Shown: piece by piece, positions 36,801 through 49,772 of the stretch
Layout: every line of letters starts with the position of its first letter
Numbering within the stretch: position 1 is the stretch's first letter
Assembly: GCA_013239625.1 (NCBI GenBank)
Contig: MU053594.1
Span: 124,001-188,000 of the forward strand
DNA length: 64,000 bases
Origin: Lama guanicoe
Lineage: Eukaryota
Direction of reading: 5' to 3'
Notes under the pieces: generated by a model
The model's input: the letters and a program-made list of their open reading frames with translations, nothing else
The model's database searches: none
What the model was told of the DNA's origin: nothing
Made by a program: the position numbers and the translations under genes

Positions 36801-37802
36801 GCGGCCACCTCTTCTGATGTGCCTAGTAAGGCAAATCTCTAAAACTCCACTCGAGAGGTGACCCACGCTTTGGCTACAGGACCCCGCCCTCTGTAACTGG
36901 TACCAAGTGTTTCTTTGGTAGAATATCTTTCCTTCAGCTACTCATACGCGTTCACCAGACACACAGACACAGACTTCATTTAACTAGACTCTTTCACAGC
37001 GTTCTAGACAGAATGGCTGTGGGTTAATAAAATGACGCATAATCATTCCAGAACATTTGACACCGAAGTTTCATACGAAGTTAAGTTCACAGGAAAAGCT
37101 TTCCCTTTCCTCTAATAAAAGAGGCCCTGAAGTCTTCCTAGCTCCCCCAAATCAGTTAGATTTTGCCTAGAAGACTTTTGAGTATATGACTCCACTGACC
37201 TCCCATGATGTCTTCAAAGAAAGAGAGTCAGAGATGCGGAGTATGCAAAATCCCCCCTTTTGCCCTTGGGTCCACCCACCAAACCCAAATCAGGCCGAGT
37301 CTGCAAAGGCTCACTCAGAGCCACTCAAACGCAATGAACACGTCTACATATTCCAGAAGCACTTTCAAGAGTACCGATGCCAGAATGTCCCTGACCTGCA
37401 GTCAGTAGAATAAACCTTGTCTCATCAAGTCTCTGAGAATTAAGTTCGGGTGGCAAAGACAAAGAGGAAAGAGTAAACCATGGCCACCTCTGGGATTATT
37501 TATTCGGCTTAGTTCAATCCAAATCTAGTGTGGCCCTACTGGTTTTTAATGGTCCTAAATGATTCAATGAATCTGGGCATTCACTGGCGGGCCATCTGGG
37601 GACAGGCCTGCCTATTTGCAAACTGGCAGGCTTCCCTATTTGTTCTGTGGAACAATCAATGTCAATGAATTAGAGGCTTCAGTAATTCAGAACATTTCTA
37701 GCACCTGATTCTTCTGAAAAGACAGACCTGTGAAAACAAAATATTTTGGGTACAAGAACGTGGTAAGTTTTTGGACAAAAATTTTTAAAGATACGTCCTA
37801 AG

Positions 37803-38034
37803 CTGGCATTTCTCAATCTCAGCCCTACTGACAATTTAGACCAAATAAGTATTCGTCATAGGGTAGGGTGGGGAGGGGGACTGTCTTGATCGTTGTAGAG
37901 AGCTTAGAAGTGTCAATGGCGTCTACCCACGACGTAGCAGTAACAGCTTTTCTCAGTTGTGACAACCCAAAATGTCTCTGCACATCGCTGGATGTGCCCT
38001 GGGAGACAAAACTGTCCCCAGCTGAGAACCACCT
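37803..38034 (-). mobile_element. MER20 (hAT-Charlie DNA transposon)
   Basis: tttctcaatctcagccctactgaca...agttgtgacaacccaaaatgtctct...ccccagctgagaaccac is the reverse complement of the MER20 consensus as I recall it, at near full length. Confidence 0.88.
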
Positions 38035-40564
38035 TCTTGGCGTAAACATTAATTTAAACCAGCTCTACACCTTCCACAGGACAGGTGCCTCATAAGTGAT
38101 CACCAAAGACTAGCCCTGATCTGCTGCAAGATCACGAATTGTCGAAGGATTCATGACCTCCCTACCTGGTGCTTACAAAAGCAGGAAAATGCACTATTTT
38201 GGTTTTGCAGAGTGTTTCAGCAGAGCTTATAACCAAAAGGATGTTCACTTGAAGCCTCAGTTAGCCTGAAAGTGTAATGAATTACCCTAACCTCACCCCC
38301 AAATAGTCCACTTAAGTGTGTTTTATTACATGAGCATACACAGGCACTCACGGTATCACCTTAAGCTATGCTTACTTAGCCTCATAAAAAGATTCAACTA
38401 TCAGCTCACTTCTTGGATCGAATAAATAGAGGGCTGAAAGCATCTGTTTTATTTAGGAGCATTTGGGAGAGGGAATTGGGAAGGCAACTGCAGAGGAGAG
38501 AAAATGAAGTTTTGATCACCTTGCTGGAGACTGTCCTCTTAGTTGTCCAGAGCTTACTAATAAAAACCACTGGGAGCGTGGAGACAGGGGTCTTACCTGC
38601 ATTCACACCCAACCCATATACAAGGCTCACGTGGTCTGTATATGCACGGACTTGCAAGCACACATGGATGCACGCCTGTCCGCTGACGCTGACACCTGAA
38701 CTATCCCTGGTCAAGCACATCCCGGTGGCTCCCCTGGACCACAGCATCAGCCCTGGATTCACAAGCGCCGCATCTCAGTTAACCTGACACATGAAAGCGG
38801 GAAGTGCCCGGGGGTGGGGCGGGTATAAAGATCACATGCAAATACATCTGCCCATCCAGAACCCTCCACACTGCTGGGCCTCCAGCAGGGCTGGACAGGT
38901 CCTCAGCTCTCTGCAGCAGCAATGCAGCTGGGGACATCCAGATGCATGCTCACTCCAAAGACCCAGGCAGTCACAGGGACAGCCCTGGTCCTCTCTGGGG
39001 TTGGGCTCACGCCCTGGTGACATTTGCTTTTTCCTCTTACAAAAAGGGTGAGCTTACAAAGCCAAGAGGCCTCTCTCCCAAGCTAAGAAGCAGAAACTTT
39101 CCCTAAGTGCGAGAAAAACAAAGTCTGCCCTTCCTTCGGCCTCCTGCCTCTTACTCTAGGACTATCATTAAGAGACACTTGATTTCCACACACACCTTGC
39201 TCGTCCAAGGAAATCAATATGAAAATCAATTCATCCACTGATATATTTTATCAAGATACATGTGGCAATGCCACATTTCATTTACAGTGCAGCCCTCGGG
39301 GAAGCCAAGGTCACTGGCTAGAAAGCGGGCTGCAGGGAGGGAGGGCGGGGGAGAAGCCCATATTCTGCGCTGGCTGCAAATAGAAAAGTGAATGAAATAA
39401 GAACAGAGATAGAAAAGGGAGCCTGGGGAGGCAGCAATTACTGTATGGAGGAGGTGCAGCGCCGGTCCAGCATGTTTAAACGTGAAATAGTTGGTAGATT
39501 TCAAATTCTAAGTATCTTTCTTCTGGCCCCGGCGAACGAAAATGGTTTCGCTCACGTGCCAGTCGGGAGAATAGAAAATATTTGTGAACAGGAAATGAAG
39601 AAGGAGGAAGGAAAAGTAGGTGGGGTGGGGTGGAGGGCGAGAGAGACCAGACAGAATCTGGCCAAGAGGGCCGAGACAAAGAACGAAAGGGAGCAGGCAG
39701 GAGGGCCACCGGACACGTGCTGGGCGTGCGCGGATGGCAGGAAGCAACTGGGAATTTCAATAAGCCTCAGGGAGGAAAATTACGATATCTGCATGGCTGC
39801 AAAGGGGCATATTTTTAGTAAATTTGAAAGTGATTTGCCACACACGGCACCATCCCACTCGGAGGGCCCTCCGCCGGCTCCGGTGCTGCGCCGAGGATCA
39901 AATGTACTGAGTAATTGCGGAGTCACTGCTCCCCTCTTACCTCTAAACAGAGCAGATTAAAATAGCATGAACAGCTATAATAACAGGTTTGGGATTCAGC
40001 TTTTTACAGCCAGAAAAATGCTTATGGAAATAAGGATTTTGCTGACTCTTTTCAAAGCGAAGTAAGGAAGAGAGGAGTCCTGGAGCTGGAGCGAACCTTA
40101 GGCACCCTGTCCCAACAGGCTCGGGGCTGCAGTGCGCCGCATCCCACCCACACCCCAGGCTAAACGTCCAGGCTGCTGCAGAGAGTCTTGGCACTTGGAT
40201 GTACACCAATCCCTGGCCTTCTCCTGCTTGTGTGCCCCGTCCCCACACCTGGCCCTGCCTGCTTGCTGCTCCAAGACTCAAGGTGCCTGCAGGCTTTGCC
40301 CCCAGTGATGGGGATCAGCCTTCCCTTGGCTGCCCCAGGACCCCAATAGAGGGAGCCTGGGTGAGACAGATGGCACATCAGGGGCAGACAGATGACAGGT
40401 GCCTGCCCCCTTCCTGGGAAGGCGAGCTGTGCTAGCTCAGGCCCCTTCTAAACCAGCCCAGGGTTCCACCAGCCAGAACCCCAAACCAGATGCTGCTTAT
40501 CTTCGGGGACCTGAGCTTTGCTTGACAAGCTCATGAGTGTCTTGGGAACACATCCAGGATGACA

Positions 40565-40810
40565 ACTGCTACTAACCCTCTTGGAGTGCTGACTGTGGAC
40601 CAGGTGCTAAGAAGGGTTTCATGGCTTCACCTCACTGAGTCCTCGTAATGTCACACACCAGACAAGCTAGTTGCTGTATTTGTCCCCCGTTTTGCGGGTG
40701 AGAAAACTAAGGACCAGATGTTTAAGTGATCTGCCCGAGACTCGACAGCTAGAAAGTGCCAGAGTTGAGATTTAAACCCAGGATTGTCTGAGCCCAGGGG
40801 CTGAGACCTT
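40565..40810 (-). mobile_element. MIR SINE
   Basis: ccccgttttgcgggtgagaaaactaagg...aagtgatctgcccgagactcgacagctagaaagtgccagagttgagatttaaacccagg. Confidence 0.85.
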
Positions 40811-41787
40811 CACGCCTCCCCACTGTGCCCATGTGGATGGCTTCCCCCTTCCCCAGAACTGTGGCTCAGCCACTGGTCACGTGGGCTGTGGCTGAGGGGC
40901 TGCCCAGCAGGCATCCAGGCTGCCCACTGATAAAGCAAGAGCAGGCTAAGCTGCTGAGTGCCCTGCCTCGGCCTGGGAGGGACCCTCCGGGGAGGTGCTG
41001 GCCTGGGGGAGGCCTGAGAGCGAGGTGACACTGCATCCCCCACCCAAATCACTAACATCTCAGGATCCCCCTGCCCTCCTAAGGAAGCCATGCAGCTTGA
41101 GCGGTGCCTCACTCTTCGTTGTAGCATGGACACTGCACTAAAAAACCCAAGGGGCCAGATGGGGTGGGAACAAGGGGACAGGAGACTAAGCTCCCCGAAA
41201 GGGAAAGAAATTGTCCAAAGTCCTATCAAATCTAAGCAAGAAAGGCTTAGATCCAGACAGGCCCGAGTCCCAGCCCTGCATCCCTCCGGTCAGATCTTTA
41301 TGAACTTGCCTCATCACTAGTGATACTGGCAGGGGTGGGGGATGGAGGGAGGACCCTCTACCCTCAGCACTCAGCCTTTCGAGAGGAGACAGCACCGAGA
41401 TTCTGCAACTCCATTCTAAGACGCGCTCGGCTACACTCTCCGGAGCACAAGATTTATCACATAACCCTTCCCAAACCCGCACCAGCACTGCCGAGGGAGC
41501 ACATGTGACATCCGATGACAGAGTCAGAGACCCACGTGGCCATGGGCTGGCCACACCAGTGGCAGCTTCAGGCTTCGGCCGCGATGGAGGAGGCCCCTCC
41601 CTGAGCCCTTCTGCCTTCCCAGCAGCCCATTCTGAGATCCCCCTTCTGACTCGTCCTTCCTCCAACCCCTGACAGGAGCCAGAGTTGAGATTCCACCCAA
41701 CTCCGTACTTTGGCGCTGCCTCCCCTCAACCCACACACCTAAAAGGGTGAGCATCTCAGCAGCAGCAGCAGCCGCCGCTTAACAGGA

Positions 41788-41811
41788 TGTGTGTGTGTGT
41801 GTGTGTGTGTG
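41788..41811. repeat. (TG)n microsatellite
   Basis: Direct reading. Confidence 0.95.
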
Positions 41812-41839
41812 GATGGGGGGTGGGGGCTTCAGACCACGC

Positions 41840-42016
41840 CAGTGGTTCTCTAACAGCAGTGCACGCTGGAATGCTCTGGGGCAGTTTATTTAGTACAGAT
41901 TTCTGCTCTCCCTTCGGATTCTGATTCCAGCCCATCCCTGTGGGTCAACTGATTTTAACACGTGCCCCACAGGGTTCCAGCCCAGGCGGGTCAGCAGGTC
42001 ATCTTGAGAACCCCTT
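41840..42016. mobile_element. MER5-like hAT-Charlie MITE
   Basis: Inverted ends cagtggttctc...ttgagaacccc; internal gattctgattc and ttttaaca motifs typical of MER5A. Confidence 0.65.
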
Positions 42017-43659
42017 GATCGGTGGGCTGCAGTGGAAAAGAACCATCCAGAGCAGGGACTCTCACGAGAGGAGCTGCACCAGGAGGGCATAGCAACACAT
42101 CCCCTCCTGCCTTCATCCTAGAAGGCCTGACCCTGGGAAGACACTGCTGTCACCAGGGTGTGTGATCCCTGGGGGTGGGGGTGCCGGGAGAGGGGCACAA
42201 GTCAGAAAAGGTGGTGCAGCCCTGATCCAGGAGCTAGGGAGCTCCAATGGCGGGGCCTGAGGCGGGGTCCAGGAGCCAGCACTCCCTGCCTCTGCCCAGC
42301 TGGAAGAAGGAAGGACAAGGTTCCTGCCTTCAGGATGCTTAACGGCCCGCTGAGGAGCCGTCGGGAACCACCACAGCTGGTTGCAAAACAAGTTCAGTGT
42401 AATTTTGTGGAGCAGGGTCTCCACTGTGGACTGGGAGGTGGAGAGACCGGGGTACCAGTCCAGGAGTGGCCTCCCTGTCACATGACCTGGGTCCCTGGCT
42501 TCAGTGGGGGACACACTCAGGGCCTCGCTCCAGTCTGTGAAAGTCTCCAGGCAATGAGCTGTCAGACCCTCTGCCCAGCTCACTGCCCCAGCTCTCACCT
42601 CCCTGCTGGACCGCAGCCCAGGTGCCCAGCCCCACTTCCGACAAAGATAAAGCCAGGGCCACTCTCAGCCATCATACTCAGGTCCTCACATCAGACGAGA
42701 AGGGCCCACTACCTTGTCCGTCCAGCTCCTTCCTGGGCAGATTTGCTGGGACCATCCCCACAGGACCCTGTTGAGTCGGCTGGCCCAGACCTACGTTAGA
42801 ATCAGGGCGGCCACCACCCCAATAACCTGGCCTGTCCCCCCGGGAGGAGTGAGGCCAGAGGGGCAGCTTAGCAAAACTCTGCGTGGGTAACAGAACCAGG
42901 AGATGGGGGTCACGAGGCTTCTGTGTTGTGGCTCCTTTCTAGATATTTCAGTGCAGAGCAGTGGATTCACCTTGTTTTAAGACCAGCTAGGGCAGAGCTG
43001 GCATTAGATAAAAGTGTTATCCGTGCCTGGGCCAAGGGGAGGAGTTCCAATGAGAGCTCACACAAGCAAAAGGTTCAGAGCCAGAAAGATGCTTAAAATG
43101 GCAGAACTTCTGGGTGCAGCCTGTCCAAAGTTTCCATCCAGGAGGACACATTTAGCAGGGGCAGGAGGCTCGACGCCCACGCACCACCGTCCTCTCCTTT
43201 TACACAGGAGGACACGTCAGTCCCACAAGTTTGCGCAAACCCAGGTCCAGCCAAAAGGCAGTGGTCATTCCATCTCTCCACGAGAAGGGCGACTTCACGT
43301 GTTTTGCACTCTCCGTTGAAAAAAGATGCATTTGTGGGCTGAATTTCCTTGGGGGGGAAATTTCCGTGGGGGTCAGGTTTGACCCTGAAAGACCTCATCT
43401 AGCTGTCCAGAGCAGAGCGCTCCTTCTGCAACAAAGCAGCACACACGCTGGGCCCCTCCTCCCACCCCCCAAAACCAGAGTTGGGGAGGCGAGGTCACTG
43501 GTCTGGGGGAGGACAAAGGGAGGCAGGCCTCCACCTTCCACTTTCCCATCCCCATCTCCTCCTTGGGAAGGAAATGGCTGCATTTTCTGCAATCTTGATT
43601 GAACAAGAAATCCGAGGAGGAAAGACAAACACTAAAACACGGGTGATGTCATGGGGGAA

Positions 43660-43858
43660 TCGCGTGGGAATCCTGGCCACGCCGTCTGCCAGCTCTGTGA
43701 CCTTGGGGTAGTTGCTCAACAACTTTGGGCCATGGCTTCCTCAAGTCTAAAACGGAAAAGAGTAACACCCCCTACCTCCTACCGCCAAAGGCTGCCGTGT
43801 GGTTCCGTGAGGTCAGGAGACAAACCCAGGAGCCAGGAAGCTAAACATCAGTAAATCC
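43660..43858 (+). mobile_element. MIR SINE
   Basis: gaatcctggc...agctctgtgaccttggggtagttgctcaac...cttcctcaagtctaaaacgg. Confidence 0.7.
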
Positions 43859-43859
43859 C

Positions 43860-43945
43860 CAGTTGGTGAAGGTGATCCGGGAGTTCTCTGTATTATTCTT
43901 GAAACCTTTCTCCAAGTTTGAAATTATTTCATAAACATAAAACAC
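43860..43945 (+). mobile_element. Old L1 (L1ME/MD-like) 3' terminal fragment
   Basis: gagttctctgtattattcttgaaacctttctccaagtttgaaattatttca. Confidence 0.6.
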
Positions 43946-45544
43946 ACATCGGTTTCCCTAGAGGAGGCAGGATGAGCAGAGTTGTTAACTCTTTATGAAA
44001 CTCCATTTGCTTCGTTTCTTAAAGTGAGTGTGTGTTCCTGTTGTCTTTTTTTCTTTTTTTTAACTCCAACAAAATTTTAAAGGAAAACAGGTAAACGGAG
44101 AGGTAGCGGGTCTAGGATGTGTGCCTGGCACAGGGAAGCTCCAGGACCATCAGTGCCCTCCCGTCCGCTCCCCTCGGCCATTCCCTGAGTGCCGGGTGAG
44201 ACTGGAGGTGAACACGCCCCCGTCACAGGGAAGCTCCCTGAGGACAAGAGACAAGTCTCTCTTGCTCGACCCCTCCTCCTCCATGGCCCTGGGTGGTCAC
44301 TCAATACCTGGTCCATCTGACAATGAGCGCGAGTGAGAGGCTGGAGCAGGTGTGCCCCGCAGAGTCAGTGAGGACAGGGATTTTCATCAGCCTGGCTTGG
44401 CTTAACTGTCTCCTTCTGGTGCCTGAAGCTCAGGTTTCAGGGATGCGGCCAAGAGACGCTGATTTGCCTGTAGCTAAAATGGTCAGGCCTTTCGGTGCTA
44501 CGGGCTCAAGGGGTTAACGTTTGGGTATTTTTTTCCCTCTCCCACCGTCCCCTTTCCAAATGACCAGCCCTAATCCCAGAGCTTAGCAAGGGCAGCATTC
44601 CAGAACACCTCAGTTCCGGACCTTGTTTGGTAGGAGGTTGGGGGAAGAGATGCTAGGAGAGAGGGGAGGGTGGGAGACGCTCAGGGGGCAAACTGGAGAA
44701 CTCTGTTGGAGGCTGTTGCCTCTTCAGTCATCACAGCCACGAACACACGGCTTCCAGAGCCCACCTTCTTATCACCTCGGCTGTAAGCACTGGTGACACT
44801 GATGTATTAAAAAATAAAGAAGGCTGTTTGCTTCCGTGAGTTATCGTGACCCCAAAGCGACGCGCCTCGCATAACATTCACGGTGACTGGTAAATTGAGC
44901 GAACATGACACGGGTGTCCTACGAGTCACAGGCAGAATCCAGCCGGCCTCGGCTCCCCATCGCCCCCAACCACCGCCCCAAAGCAAAGTGACCTTACAAG
45001 CATAATACGTCTGCTGAAACCCTGTTGAGGTTATTCGTATGTTTTGATTCCTAATTCAGAAATAATAACCAGTTCCTGGGTTCCAAGTTTAAAAATATAT
45101 CCATCATCTGGTCTCTGTAGCACCATGTGTCCCATTGAGCTGGGAGCGTAACACCACAAAAGGGTCCCTGTGCCCAGGGACTCGTTCAGCCCTAGGTGAC
45201 AGGTGTGCCCAGCCCTGCAGCGCCTCTCTTTAATTTACTAAAAACCCTATTTTAAGGCCATTGTCAATAAGAGAGTCTTAATTCCTCTGGAACATAGAGC
45301 TAAGAGACAGGCTAACTGTAAATCCAGCTTCTTCTTGACAGCTCCTCTGAAGGACAGAGAACCCAGGAGTGTGAGAAATAGGGATTTAGACTTAATTTCT
45401 GACTCCACGTGTAAACCAATATGGAGAGCAGCTCACTGCAGTGTTAAGAGACGACAGGGACCCAAGGCTGTCCTCAAACATTCTTTCACCCCTTTTCCAG
45501 AAAGTCCTAATTTTACATATAGATGTGTATGTGTGTAAATGTAT

Positions 45545-45571
45545 ACACACACACACACACACACACACACA
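45545..45571. repeat. (CA)n microsatellite
   Basis: Direct reading. Confidence 0.95.
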
Positions 45572-45773
45572 TATCCGCGCATGCATATATACACACCACA
45601 GTGCCATCCACCCCAAATGCAGTGTATTGACAATCAGGTTCAGGTTCCAATCCGGCATGTGGGGTTGTCATGGCATTGTGTTCAGCCTTGCTCTCCTTCC
45701 AGGGGGCCTGAAAAGCCCCCTTCCAATCCACAAGGCCCAAAGGTAGATTCTGGCAGCCATGTTATACTGTGAC

Positions 45774-46135
45774 TGCTATGGACTGGCTTGTGCGCCCCCC
45801 AAATTCATATGCTGAAGCCCTAGTCCCCAGCTTGTGTTTAGAGACAGGACCTTAAGCAGGTGATTGAGGTTAAATTAGATCCTAGGGGTGGGGCCCTCAT
45901 CCAACAGGATTAGTGCCCTTCTAAGAAGAGACACCACAGAGATCTTGCATGTTCTCTCTCGTTCTCTCTCTCTCCTTCCCCCTTGCCCTCTCCCACAAGG
46001 GAGACGGCCATCTGAAAGCCAGGAAGAGGGCCTTCAGCTAACCTTGATCTTGGACTCTCCAGCCTCTAGAACGGATTGCTGTTGCAGCTCCCAGTCGGTG
46101 GCATTTTGTCATGGCAGCCCAAGCCGACTAAGACG
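45774..46135 (+). mobile_element. MaLR solo LTR (MLT1A/A0-like)
   Basis: tgctatggactg...ccccaaattcatatgctgaagcccta...accttgatcttggactctccagcctctagaac...gcagcccaagccgactaagac. Confidence 0.9.
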
Positions 46136-46149
46136 GGACCCTCACCACA

Positions 46150-46555
46150 AAGCCTTCAGTGAGAGAGTGGCCAAGGGCGGACACCTACATAGATGCATCA
46201 ACAGACTCCCTGTCTGGAATTTGGGACATAGGCAGGGGCAGTTCAATGAGGGCATGTTACATGTAAACCTCGGAGTGCTGGAGGATCATTCTGAGACTCA
46301 CCCTGTGGTCTGCAGAGAGATGAAAATGAAACTAGATGCATGGGCTGAAGCAAGGATGTGAAAGAGAAAGAGAACGCTCCCCAGGTTTTCTAACAGGTAC
46401 TTCTTAGATCTGTTCACTTGCCTTTCAAAGGTGGGCTGTATCCCTACCCTTGGGCGCCATGAAATACTCCCATATTATGACAACAAATCCTCGTTTCACT
46501 TAAGCTAACACAGTTTTTTTTTAACCTACAACCAAAAGAGCCCTAGGTAATATAC
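46150..46555 (+). mobile_element. Possible ancient ERVL/MaLR LTR remnant
   Basis: The 3' end ttaagctaac...caaccaaaagagccctaggtaata resembles LTR16/LTR33/MLT1-type termini. Weak match. Confidence 0.35.
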
Positions 46556-47254
46556 AAGAAAGTACACACTGAAATCTTTAAGACCCAGGCAATGTCTCCT
46601 ATGTGTTTATTTAACTACCCTCCCCCCATGATAAGTGTCCACATTCTACAGAAACTGAAGTAACAAACATCCACTAAACTGAAACCAACAGGTACATCTG
46701 CCAAAAAACACTCCTTAAAGAACCGGAAACCAAACACAGTCCAACTCACGCTCCAGACAAAAATCAATCTTAAGCAACCATGGCCGCTTTGCTGGGCCAC
46801 AGATCTGACATAGATTCTAAGGATGCCATATTTTCCTCTCTTCTGTGCCTCACATACAGGGTGTGCATTCAGCAAGTGGAGAATAAAAGGCCGTTTCCAT
46901 TTCTGATCCCACCCTCTGCCAACCATACCAGGCACACATCTGCTAGAATAAATGGTTGCTATAGAAATCACCATTTTTGGAACAGGCAAACCCAGTGTCT
47001 ATGAAGAACGCAGCCGTCTCAGTCCTCGGTGAAATCTGTGGGCTTGGGGTTCAGGAAGCGTCTTGAGAACAGCCAGTACCTTGCAACCAAAGTGACCAAA
47101 AAGACGGGGTTGTGACACTTCATGTCTCTGAGAATCTATCTTGATAGTCCAAAGCAAAGAGTTGCCAACAGGAGTGAAGGTTGTGCGAGAGGACCCTCCC
47201 TTGGGAGGAGAGCCAAATTTGGAGATGTCAGTGAAATGCTATAAAACCGCAACT

Positions 47255-47505
47255 ATAATATAGTGGGGGAAGGTTTGGGATTTAGGATCAGACAGTACTA
47301 GTTTCAAACTCAGGCTCTACCACTTAAGAGGCTGTGGAATCCCGAGCAAGGTACTTACCCATTTCCAGCTCAGTTTCCCCATCTGTAAAATGGGGACAAT
47401 AATAGTCCCTATTTCATGGGATTATTATAATGATTAAATGAGATAATGCACATAAGTATTCAACTAACAGCAGTAATGTATGCAGTATGTTTCTGAGTAA
47501 TGACA
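47255..47505 (+). mobile_element. MIR SINE, near full length
   Basis: ctcagtttccccatctgtaaaatggggacaataatagt...gattaaatgagataatgca. Confidence 0.92.
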
Positions 47506-47729
47506 GCTCAGCAGCCATGGTGCCGGCCACAACCCAGAAGCAGATGTGGAACAGCCAAGGCAAAGAATAGAGCCATGGATTTCACGTTCTGATCTGGTAA
47601 GGAACTACCCTCCCCATCTGACTGGCAGGCAACCAAGGATAAGACTTCCATCCAGGGGTCTGACTAGGGTTAGCAGCACATCGATGCTTGTGCTCAGAAG
47701 CTGGGCACCACTGAGCGCCTCTCCTCCCA

Positions 47730-47870
47730 ACTCTGCCTTCAGTGACTTCACGCTGGCAGCTTGAAATCAGCCACGGTGGGAGTATTTATACCACGGAAAT
47801 TAGCAAACTATAAATCAGGTGTTTTTCCTCTTGGAGAATCAGCTGTGAAACATTTCCTAGCCCGTCATTG
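47730..47870 (+). mobile_element. MER63-like hAT (Blackjack) fragment
   Basis: gcttgaaatcagccacggtgggagtatttataccacggaaattagcaaactataaatcagg matches MER63 internal sequence as I recall it. Confidence 0.7.
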
Positions 47871-49084
47871 GAAAAGCTTCCTCACCACGAAAGCCGGATC
47901 CAAAAAAACATTTTGTACCTAAGATTCTGTACCGTCCTCAGGTTTCTCAGAATGTGGCTCAGGCAGAATTTCACAGGACACAGGAACTGCAACTGGGCAT
48001 CCCCAAGGGGCTTTCTAGTTTCCAGTCAACCATTAGACTGTGGAGATTGACTTCCGCATAGGAGCCTGCAGAGGAGGCACCACCTTGGAGAGGATGAAGT
48101 GACGTGGGTTCTCAGGGGAGGGAGCAAAGAGTCCTGAGGGACGGGCAGAAAACTGAGAGATGAAGGCTGACGAGGAGATGGGGACCCTGATCTCTAAGGC
48201 CCACACTGGCCCTTCCCTTTCCCATCCTTCTTGTTCAACTCCCACACTTCACCCCAACTTTAGCCAATCACCATCACGGTAACCTACAGACTCTGACCAA
48301 GGCCCTCAGGTCCCACAGAAGACCTTGACTTGGTCCCTAACACAACACCGCCACCCTTTCGAGCTTGTGACCAAGTTGAATAAACAGTGCAGAGGAACCC
48401 AAACTCAGTGGTTTCCAGGGGCGAACACGGAGCGGGTACCAACAGGGAGAGGAGCTGGAAACGGGACAACTCAGAAAGGAAGCTTCAGCCCATTCTGGAG
48501 GACAACAACTAACTGATACAAAAAGACTTCAGTTTCCAAGGATGAGATACTGAATGGATGGATGCAAAGGAAACCGTATGAACCAGAGGAAGAAGAGGAG
48601 GAGTTCAAGGTGAATGAAGCAGTACGGACCATAAGGAAGTCTGATGGAAGGGAAGGCCTCCTCCCCGCCCTGCACCTTGTCCCCACTCATCAGGATGTGC
48701 TGGCTCCGCCTCCAGTCCCGAGAGCAGCTGGGAAACAGAGCAGGGGGGCAGGGCTCCAACAGCCTCTCTGGTCCCAGGGAGAGTAGAGAAAGACTCTTCT
48801 GGCCTCAGGTAAGCACCTCCACGTGGCTGATGTAGGTGCCCCCTCCCCACCCCCCCTTACCGACTTCCTTCCTGGAAAGGCCCCCAAGAGGCCACCCAGC
48901 TCATTCCACTGCCTCCAACTCTGCCCACAGGACTCCGCCCTTCTTGTCACAATGAGAGAAGACTCAGATCTTTCTTCTGAGAAATCCCTCCTTTAAAGAG
49001 AACTGCTTCTCTCTCCGATGGGAACAACACCTGGTGATAAGACCTTTCCTCACTAGCAGTGTGTGTGGCGGGGGGAAAGCTGGG

Positions 49085-49250
49085 GTGGCAGGCAAGGTCC
49101 CAGCTCCGCCCTTCCTAGCTGTGTGACACCAGGTGAAGCATGTAACCACTCTGGGCTTCACTTTATCATCTGCACTCTGACGGAATGACACTGATGGCAA
49201 ATGTACTGTGAGAACTAAATCAAGTCTGGCTTCTAAAGCATTTACACGAG
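49085..49250 (+). mobile_element. MIR fragment
   Basis: cccagctccgcccttcctagctgtgtgac...ctctgggcttcactttatcatctgca. Confidence 0.7.
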
Positions 49251-49487
49251 GATGGACCTAACAGAGATGCTCACAAGAAAAGAGCTCTGGCTGTGGTTGA
49301 AACCCACACCCCCTGCACATCCCTGCAGGGACCGGAAGAGAAGTCCTCCATCTAATCAGGTGGGACCAGACAGACGCCCTCCACCACACCGTCCAACCCT
49401 AACCTTCTGTGGTCCACACCCGCCCACCCCAAGCACCATAAATATATCTCTTCTAGCTTCATGGAGACAGGAACCTGCACAGCACTC

Positions 49488-49772
49488 AGAAACACAGTAT
49501 AGTAAACAATCTTATGGTTACCAGGGAAAGGGGGTGGAGGGGATAAATTTGGGAGGTTGAGATTTACAAATGTTAGCCACTATACATAAAAATAGATTTT
49601 TTTTGAAGTTTCTTTTGTATAGCACAGGGAACTATGTTCAATATCCTGTAGTAACCTATAATGGAAAAACATATGAAAACGAATTTATGTATGTGTATGC
49701 ATGACCGGGACACCAGAGATGGGCACACTGGAACTGACTGTACTTCAATAAAAAAAATTTTTAAAAAAAAGA
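49488..49772 (+). mobile_element. Young L1 3'UTR with poly-A (camelid-like subfamily)
   Basis: cttatggttaccagggaaaggggg...ggataaatttgggagg...tatagcacagggaactatgttcaatatc...actgactgtacttcaat(a)n. Confidence 0.88.

Noticed and set aside
42158..42799. Longest ORF in the window (213 aa)
   Set aside because: Non-ATG start, Pro/Gly/Arg-rich composition typical of chance ORFs in GC-rich DNA, no domain, overlapped by a similar ORF on the other strand.
48562..48786. ORF with poly-Glu (MQRKPYEPEEEEEEFK...) as a possible processed pseudogene
   Set aside because: Short, no recognisable parent protein, no poly-A or TSD. Explained by a GAA/GAG-rich tract.
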